This document shows, piece by piece, positions 58,268 through 64,000 of a stretch of DNA of 64,000 nt (within the stretch, counting starts at the first letter, position 1; the number at the start of each line of letters is the position of its first letter). Position numbers and translations under genes: made by a program. Below the pieces are notes generated by a model. The model searched no databases. It was not told where the DNA came from and saw nothing but the letters and a program-made list of their open reading frames with translations. This DNA comes from a virus, in IMG/VR virus record IMGVR_UViG_3300032304_003098, positions 1-64,000 of that record; one strand, given 5' to 3'.

Positions 58268-58939
58268 ATGTCGAAAATTCGTTTAGTCCACATTTTAACA
58301 GAAATAGACACACCCAGAGAAAAAGCATCTATCAATTCTTTGTCCCCCCTTGGTGAACTTGGGCTTGAATACGTCCAACAAGTAAATCAGAGATACAAAG
58401 GGGAAGAGTGGAAATTAACAAAAGCTTTAACCCAAAGCGAGCACACAAATCACGGACCTGGACACTACGGTGCTTTTCATTCTTTCAAAAAAGCAATCGA
58501 AGAAAATTTTACGCCCGATCTGGATGCTTTAGTTCTTTGTGAGTGTGATTGTGTGTTGGAAGTTCCCCATCATAACTTTATGCAAACCCTCGATAGGGGC
58601 ATCCAATTTTGCTCCAAACATGATATTCGTTATCTTTCCTTAGGATCCAGGTTTGTAAACGGCTTTCTTCAGAGCCCAGTCTCCGAAACAGATCCAGATT
58701 TTGGGGACTTTTATATCACAACAAAAATTATTTTGGCCCACTGTGTTGTTTTACACAAGAGCTCAAGAGAATTTTATCTAGAGGCTTTGAAAAATCACTC
58801 TTGGGATAGTCCAGATATTTGGTTTAACGAAGTAAATTGGCTTCATAATAATTACAGGTTTGCTATTCCTTGGGAGAGATCTGCCTATCAACACGAAGGA
58901 CATTCTTTAATAGACGATTGTTGGAAAAATTCACAATAG
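58268..58939 (+). CDS. GT25-like glycosyltransferase
   Basis: GHYGAFHS...ALVLCECDC, LAHCVV, PDIW pattern similar to GT25. Confidence 0.5.
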   Translation: MSKIRLVHILTEIDTPREKASINSLSPLGELGLEYVQQVNQRYKGEEWKLTKALTQSEHTNHGPGHYGAFHSFKKAIEENFTPDLDALVLCECDCVLEVPHHNFMQTLDRGIQFCSKHDIRYLSLGSRFVNGFLQSPVSETDPDFGDFYITTKIILAHCVVLHKSSREFYLEALKNHSWDSPDIWFNEVNWLHNNYRFAIPWERSAYQHEGHSLIDDCWKNSQ

Positions 58940-59641
58940 TTCCAGCTTTCTTTCCGTATCACGGACGAACAATTCTTTAGCTATTTTTAAGATATTTGAA
59001 TCTGAATTGAAATCTTCGTGAATCTCCATCGCTGTTATGCTTAGGGAATCGGATTTAACCCCGATAGCCACGATGATTTCATTGATTAGATGATCGTAAT
59101 TTATGGAAAAAAAATTATTTGTGATTTTAACTTTTTTCATCAAAATTCCAAAAGATGAAGAATTGGAATATCTTGACCACCAAAAAGGATGAATTTCGTC
59201 GGTTGCCATATTTCTAACTAAAAGAATGCCGCATTCTGAGTTTTTAACTTCTGGGTTTAAATTATACACCGAAATTCTATCCTCCAATTTTTTCCAAATG
59301 GAAGTAATTATCTCAGCATAACGATACAAACAATCTAAAGAAATTTCAATTATACTAGACAATTCCTCTCTTTCTGCTGTAGTGAGTTTGAGGGCTTCAA
59401 ATTCTTGTGCGATCTCTTTTTCTTTGGCCTGTAAATCATGGAGTGGAAAAATTTGTCCTCCTATAATTTTATCCATTAACTTCAAATCTTTGATTATCGC
59501 AAAAACTTTTCTAATTGGTTGATAAATGTTGTCTTTACGAATTTCTTTATTTACCCCCTGTAAAAAATTTAATAAAATGTATTGTTTATGTTCGGCATCT
59601 ATTGGGGACTTTAGAAACCAGGTAGTATCTATATTTTCCAT
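58931..59641 (-). CDS. Hypothetical protein, the only convincing intact minus-strand gene
   Basis: 236-aa ORF filling a gap; WF...PIDxEHKQYILLxxLQ N-terminus; AATATATA on the minus strand at 59671-59678. Confidence 0.75.
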   Translation of the reverse strand: MENIDTTWFLKSPIDAEHKQYILLNFLQGVNKEIRKDNIYQPIRKVFAIIKDLKLMDKIIGGQIFPLHDLQAKEKEIAQEFEALKLTTAEREELSSIIEISLDCLYRYAEIITSIWKKLEDRISVYNLNPEVKNSECGILLVRNMATDEIHPFWWSRYSNSSSFGILMKKVKITNNFFSINYDHLINEIIVAIGVKSDSLSITAMEIHEDFNSDSNILKIAKELFVRDTERKLELL

Positions 59642-59740
59642 GACCTTGGTTTAAATTTTTAAATTCTGTTTATATATTCTTGTGGACTATCAGAAAAGAA
59701 AAAAAGGATTGACGATATATAGACAAACAAATTTCAAGGC

Positions 59741-60175
59741 ATGAGAATTCAAGATTTTGGTTCATATTCTGTACAGAAGAAAAAAAATTTCACTTCAGAG
59801 TATACATTTACCTGCCCCTTGGATTATTTGGACGTCAAGCTAACAAACAGACCTCCTGAATTGTCAGATGTGGATGATTTGAAGTGCGAAATAGAATACG
59901 AAATTTCAATAGAAAGAAAAAAAGAAGGAGTTCAAGATATTTCATTTAAGATAAATCAAATTGAGTTGGAGTTAAAAGTAGACGACCATCCAGACGATCC
60001 CAAAGAATTCGAATTTGAAATTGTACCTGGTGAAAATATAGATCCAAATTTGGTTGTGGTTAGAAAGGGAGAATCTTTAATCCCTACAAGTCCTACTTTT
60101 TTACATATAGACATGAAGAAGTCTGCTAAAGTTGCCGACTTCAAGATTACAGTTTTATTTGGTAAGAATGAATAA
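59741..60175 (+). CDS. Hypothetical late protein
   Basis: MRIQDF leader; GATATATA at 59714. Confidence 0.6.
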   Translation: MRIQDFGSYSVQKKKNFTSEYTFTCPLDYLDVKLTNRPPELSDVDDLKCEIEYEISIERKKEGVQDISFKINQIELELKVDDHPDDPKEFEFEIVPGENIDPNLVVVRKGESLIPTSPTFLHIDMKKSAKVADFKITVLFGKNE

Positions 60176-61058
60176 GAATACAATTCCTAGTTTTTCAGAT
60201 TTTACAAATCTAAACGAATCAGAATCAACATCCAAGAAAAACCTGGGTATTATAGGTCCTTTGGCAAACTGGTCTCTTAAACTTCAGGTTTATCCAGAGC
60301 CCAATCGGGGCATGATTGGGTATGCTATAGATGAAAATTGGGTTGAAATATTTCATGAAAATAAAAAAGTCAGATTTCCAAAATCTTGCTGTGAAATGAA
60401 ATCTAATCCGAACTCTGCAGTTATCCACATTAAACCCCATACTAAGTGGTTTTCGAAATTGAAAAATAGAGAAGAAATGGAAGAATTCGTTGATAATTTC
60501 ATAGAATCCCATGCCATAAAAAAAGAAAAAGATTCAGAAAGAATTGCAGAAAGCACTCAAATACTGTTGGATTTGTTTGGAATACATTCGGATGTTCAAA
60601 ATACCAAAACTAGGTTTCCCGGCCTTTACGAGTTAACATTGGATAATGGGATGCAAATCGAAATGCAAAAAACAGAAGAATCTGAACTTTTTTCTGACTT
60701 CAAAATTTACAAATCATCAGATGCTAAATTTCCGGATGTTAGAATTAAAAGAAAAAATGACAAGTACCAGATGGAATTCAGAGGTCCCGCCGGGAAATTT
60801 TATGAATCTGAAGAATCTTTAACCGACCTGTTAGAAAACAGGGTTTGTACTTATCTGACCAAATGCGTTTTGGAAATGGATTGTCTAACAGAAGAATCTT
60901 ATTTAATTGAACAATTGAAAAAGACATTATCAGAGAAAATAGATCCGAAAAATGTCGAAAAACTAGAAAAAAGAAAAAGCGATATTCAAAATTTGAGAGG
61001 AATTCTAACCAATTCAATCGAAAACTCAAAGTTGGAAGAAATTCTCCAAAGCGAATAA
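60168..61058 (+). CDS. Putative internal head protein
   Basis: IPSFSDFTNLNES leader. Confidence 0.55.
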   Translation: MNKNTIPSFSDFTNLNESESTSKKNLGIIGPLANWSLKLQVYPEPNRGMIGYAIDENWVEIFHENKKVRFPKSCCEMKSNPNSAVIHIKPHTKWFSKLKNREEMEEFVDNFIESHAIKKEKDSERIAESTQILLDLFGIHSDVQNTKTRFPGLYELTLDNGMQIEMQKTEESELFSDFKIYKSSDAKFPDVRIKRKNDKYQMEFRGPAGKFYESEESLTDLLENRVCTYLTKCVLEMDCLTEESYLIEQLKKTLSEKIDPKNVEKLEKRKSDIQNLRGILTNSIENSKLEEILQSE

Positions 61059-61163
61059 GTTCTACGAAAGGAACTTTCTTTTCATTTTTCATATAAAATC
61101 CAATCAAGTTGTGAATCCTTTTGTGTTGTATATTTTTAAAGTCAAAGTTTTGAATTTTTAAAC

Positions 61164-61802
61164 ATGAAATGGCTAAAGCAGTTTTTTAATAAATCGAAAA
61201 AAATGAATTGGAAAGAAAAAAGCTTAGAGGAGATCCAGGAATTCTTTCAAACTAAAGATTTTCAATGGTTGAAAGGTGACCAGATGGGAAACATAGAAAA
61301 ATTTAAAGCAATTGAAAAAGATGAATCTACTGGATTTACTTTCATTTGTTTCCGTTCTGGAGGAAGAATGAACGTAGATTTAGTACAAGAATATATGGAT
61401 GTTTTTCCCTCCCAAAACATTGACTTTGCTTCATTGGCCTCTGCTTCTCCGCCCCAGCAACCCACTGGAGAAAAATCAACGGCAGTTAAAAGTAAAACCA
61501 ATACAGTTTCTTCGATACAACTTTCAGAGTCTCCGATATATAGTTTGTTGAAGAAACAAAAAAACAATTGGGTTAACGTGAATATTACCTTGAAATTGAA
61601 TCTTCCTTCGAAGAATTTGTATGGTGTGCTTACTTCTTCTTTCGAAGATGCCGACACTGAAATCATCAATTTTGTGACTGAAGGCGTAGATATTGATGAC
61701 ATCAAAGCTGCTTTAGGTGAATCAATACTGTCGTACTATGACAAGAAAAAAAACCTAGTTTCTTCTGATAAATTTTTAGACCAAATTGAAGATGGAAAGT
61801 AA
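61164..61802 (+). CDS. Hypothetical protein
   Basis: ORF behind GGAAC-N16-ATATAA (61070). Confidence 0.65.
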   Translation: MKWLKQFFNKSKKMNWKEKSLEEIQEFFQTKDFQWLKGDQMGNIEKFKAIEKDESTGFTFICFRSGGRMNVDLVQEYMDVFPSQNIDFASLASASPPQQPTGEKSTAVKSKTNTVSSIQLSESPIYSLLKKQKNNWVNVNITLKLNLPSKNLYGVLTSSFEDADTEIINFVTEGVDIDDIKAALGESILSYYDKKKNLVSSDKFLDQIEDGK

Positions 61803-62367
61803 TTTACTTTTTGAAAACAAACTCTTCCGCGTGGAAGAAAGAAACGGTTTTACTGGGATGGTACCTCTTTTCACTAATGTTATGATTATGCCATTTATTT
61901 CAGATGAACAAGGTTTACCCCTTTCCATTGGCGTTCTAAAAGAACCAAATCCTTTTAGAGATGGTGGCATGTCTATTTCTTTAATTACTGGCACTACCGA
62001 AGAAGAAGATCCAGATCTACTTTCGACCGCCAAGAGAGAACTCAAAGAAGAAAGTGGCTATGATGTACAAGACAATAAAAGGTGGTTTTATTTAGGATCT
62101 GTTACTGCTTCCAAATTTGTCGACCATGAACAGCCTTGTTTTGCAGTAGACGTTACAGATGTTGTAAAGGGAGAGCCAAATCCAGATAACAACGAGAAGG
62201 AAAACTCGATGGAATTCAAATTTATTTCCGCAAACGATGTTGTCAAACATAAAGATATTTTTATACCTGGACTTTTTCTGAAGTTGTTTAAATTCGTCTT
62301 GGGATTCGATGTGCAAAACAAACAAGAGGGTTTGGAAAAAAGCAAAGGTTTTAAATTTTCAATTTAA
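61786..62367 (+). CDS. Nudix hydrolase
   Basis: Nudix box GTTEEED...AKRELKEESGY. Confidence 0.85.
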   Translation: MKMESNLLFENKLFRVEERNGFTGMVPLFTNVMIMPFISDEQGLPLSIGVLKEPNPFRDGGMSISLITGTTEEEDPDLLSTAKRELKEESGYDVQDNKRWFYLGSVTASKFVDHEQPCFAVDVTDVVKGEPNPDNNEKENSMEFKFISANDVVKHKDIFIPGLFLKLFKFVLGFDVQNKQEGLEKSKGFKFSI

Positions 62368-62372
62368 ATTTT

Positions 62373-62696
62373 ATGAGTCAAGCTAGAAAAGCCAGAAGGG
62401 CAATTGCAAAATCTTTAGGGTATCTTAAAAAAGATGAATCCGTGTTATCTTTTAGAGAAAGAGTCAGGAGAGCACATCAGATGGGTAAACAATTTCACAC
62501 CATCCATCTCCAAAATATTATGAATCAAGAAATTCAGGCAGGTAGAATTTTAACTAATCAAAACTTGGAAAATTTGGCAATTGAAAAAAACAATAACGAA
62601 GAGAATTTTGGAACTAATTTGAATTCGTTTAATTTTTTAAGCGAATTCAAACCCGAAGGATCACCAGAGATAGAGATCCAGGATAACCCAAAATAG
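62373..62696 (+). CDS. Hypothetical protein with basic N-terminus
   Basis: MSQARKARRAIAK. Confidence 0.6.
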   Translation: MSQARKARRAIAKSLGYLKKDESVLSFRERVRRAHQMGKQFHTIHLQNIMNQEIQAGRILTNQNLENLAIEKNNNEENFGTNLNSFNFLSEFKPEGSPEIEIQDNPK

Positions 62697-62697
62697 T

Positions 62698-63030
62698 ATG
62701 ATTGATTGTTTGGCTGGATTTAAATTTTTTCTGACCGAATGCTCTGCCAAAGAGACCAAAAAGAAATTCTTTGGTTATTCAGACTTCTATCTTATAGATA
62801 TTGGGAAGGTTATCCGCGAACTGGGATATAATAATCAAAATTTAACCCAAGAGTCTGAATTCATCATAAATTACACTGTTCGTAGGAAAATAGACCAGGG
62901 GATATATAATACAAAGAATAACACCATTTTGATCGTCCACAAAAATATCTCTCCAGATTTTATTGAAAATCTGACTTGTTTTTTGAAAGAATACGGAGAT
63001 AATTTTCAGTTTGAGATAGAAATGGTTTAA
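62698..63030 (+). CDS. Hypothetical protein
   Basis: Closely packed ORF. Confidence 0.55.
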   Translation: MIDCLAGFKFFLTECSAKETKKKFFGYSDFYLIDIGKVIRELGYNNQNLTQESEFIINYTVRRKIDQGIYNTKNNTILIVHKNISPDFIENLTCFLKEYGDNFQFEIEMV

Positions 63031-63047
63031 AAATTTGTATGAGATAA

Positions 63048-64000
63048 ATGCCAAACAACAGTTCTTTTCAAGGAACAAACATTCCCACCTCAGGTAATAC
63101 ATTTTCTCTTGCAGATCAGAATTTAAATCCTTTGTTAAAGGATTATTGGTTTGGGTCAAGAGAAGCTTCTCAACAAGAGATTTCGAATGACATCGTTTCT
63201 AGATTTTCTAATCTAGGGTCGGTAAATCCCAACAAAGGGCCCACTGCCAGATCTCTTTTTTATAATGCTGCTAATTTATATGGAGATGATGCCAAATTTG
63301 GACAATTTCTTTTTTATTCCTTTTCAAACAATTCAAATACTTTCCGTCAAGAATATTACCAATCTGAACAAACTCAGTTCAACGCCGCAATTTCTTCGGT
63401 AGCATCAAAAAATCCATCCGCCGGAGCTTTGGTCAGAGCCAGCAATGAAACCATGGCCTCTACCCAGCCAGGTCAGATGGGAAACACAACCAACACCGGT
63501 AACAATACGATTGGCAATCCAGGTAAAATTATTGGTGGAGCATCTGCTCCTTATTATTGGAGAGACTTTTTGTATTGTAAATATTATGGAACAATTCCTA
63601 ATAATTACATGATTACCCTGCGCAGATTCCCTGCTCCCATGAGGGATAATTTATCTCTTCCCCCCCAACTTAATCAATCTGATGCTTTCAAAAAAGAGGG
63701 GGCTGGACGGCCGGTCGCTCAAGCAGTCACCTGGTGGGGTGGACAGACCGGAAACACTTTAAATGACATTTTGTCTTTTTCGACTGGTTTGAAATTTGAC
63801 CCTAAAACTCAAGCAGAAATAGCTAAAGTTGAAGGTTTTGACCAAGGTTTTTTTAAATCAGTTTTGGGTAGAGCTTTGGGAACATCGGCTAATATTTTAG
63901 GAGGTGGTGCTTTATTTGGAGCCCTGGGCGACGTAGCTTCGGTGCTCATTTCTTCTACGGATTCTGGAAGGGGCGGAATAACAATTCCAAAAATTAATAA
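63048..64000 (+). CDS. Large putative structural (tail/baseplate) protein, 3'-truncated by the window and absent from the ORF track
   Basis: ATG 63048 opens MPNNSSFQG...DFLYCKYYGTIPNNYMITLRRFP with no stop seen to the window end; GATATATA at 62901. Confidence 0.65.
   Translation, partial: MPNNSSFQGTNIPTSGNTFSLADQNLNPLLKDYWFGSREASQQEISNDIVSRFSNLGSVNPNKGPTARSLFYNAANLYGDDAKFGQFLFYSFSNNSNTFRQEYYQSEQTQFNAAISSVASKNPSAGALVRASNETMASTQPGQMGNTTNTGNNTIGNPGKIIGGASAPYYWRDFLYCKYYGTIPNNYMITLRRFPAPMRDNLSLPPQLNQSDAFKKEGAGRPVAQAVTWWGGQTGNTLNDILSFSTGLKFDPKTQAEIAKVEGFDQGFFKSVLGRALGTSANILGGGALFGALGDVASVLISSTDSGRGGITIPKIN

Noticed and set aside
61535-61542. Intragenic GATATATA as a promoter
   Set aside because: It lies mid-gene with no nearby start and may be a chance match in AT-rich DNA
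4-63159. Numerous short minus-strand and alternate-frame ORFs in the track
   Set aside because: They are shadows of well-supported + strand genes and have no recognisable motifs
1-64000. Stop-codon reassignment
   Set aside because: Core genes are uninterrupted in the standard code, and TAG, TGA and TAA all end genes at sensible boundaries
1-64000. tRNA, rRNA or structured ncRNA genes
   Set aside because: Intergenic gaps are short and explained by promoters and terminators; no cloverleaf was recognised by eye (tRNAscan-SE or Infernal would be decisive)

Overview
A 64-kb, AT-rich segment of a T4-like jumbo myophage genome, coded almost entirely on the + strand. The host is probably Bacteroidota (inferred from leaders lacking Shine-Dalgarno sequences and TAnnTTTG-like promoters). 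It holds the core morphogenesis genes: tail fibre end, neck, small and large terminase, sheath, two tubes, hub, two tandem portals, a protease-scaffold fusion and the major capsid protein. It also holds replication, repair and nucleotide genes (ligase, clamp loader, 5'-3' exonuclease, NEIL1-like glycosylase, UVDE-like protein, dCMP deaminase, kinases, Nudix), two sigma factors and several glycosyltransferases. Highlights: (1) a candidate protein-heptosylation system (Aah/TibC-type heptosyltransferase plus HldE-type heptose kinase); (2) duplicated portal genes; (3) three promoter classes that suggest a host sigma -> phage ECF sigma -> gp55-like sigma cascade; (4) two candidate programmed frameshifts; (5) a nested scaffold gene with an internal promoter; (6) many late proteins with T4-like capsid-targeting leaders; (7) two apparent pseudoenzymes. 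All assignments come from motif recognition by eye; no searches were run.
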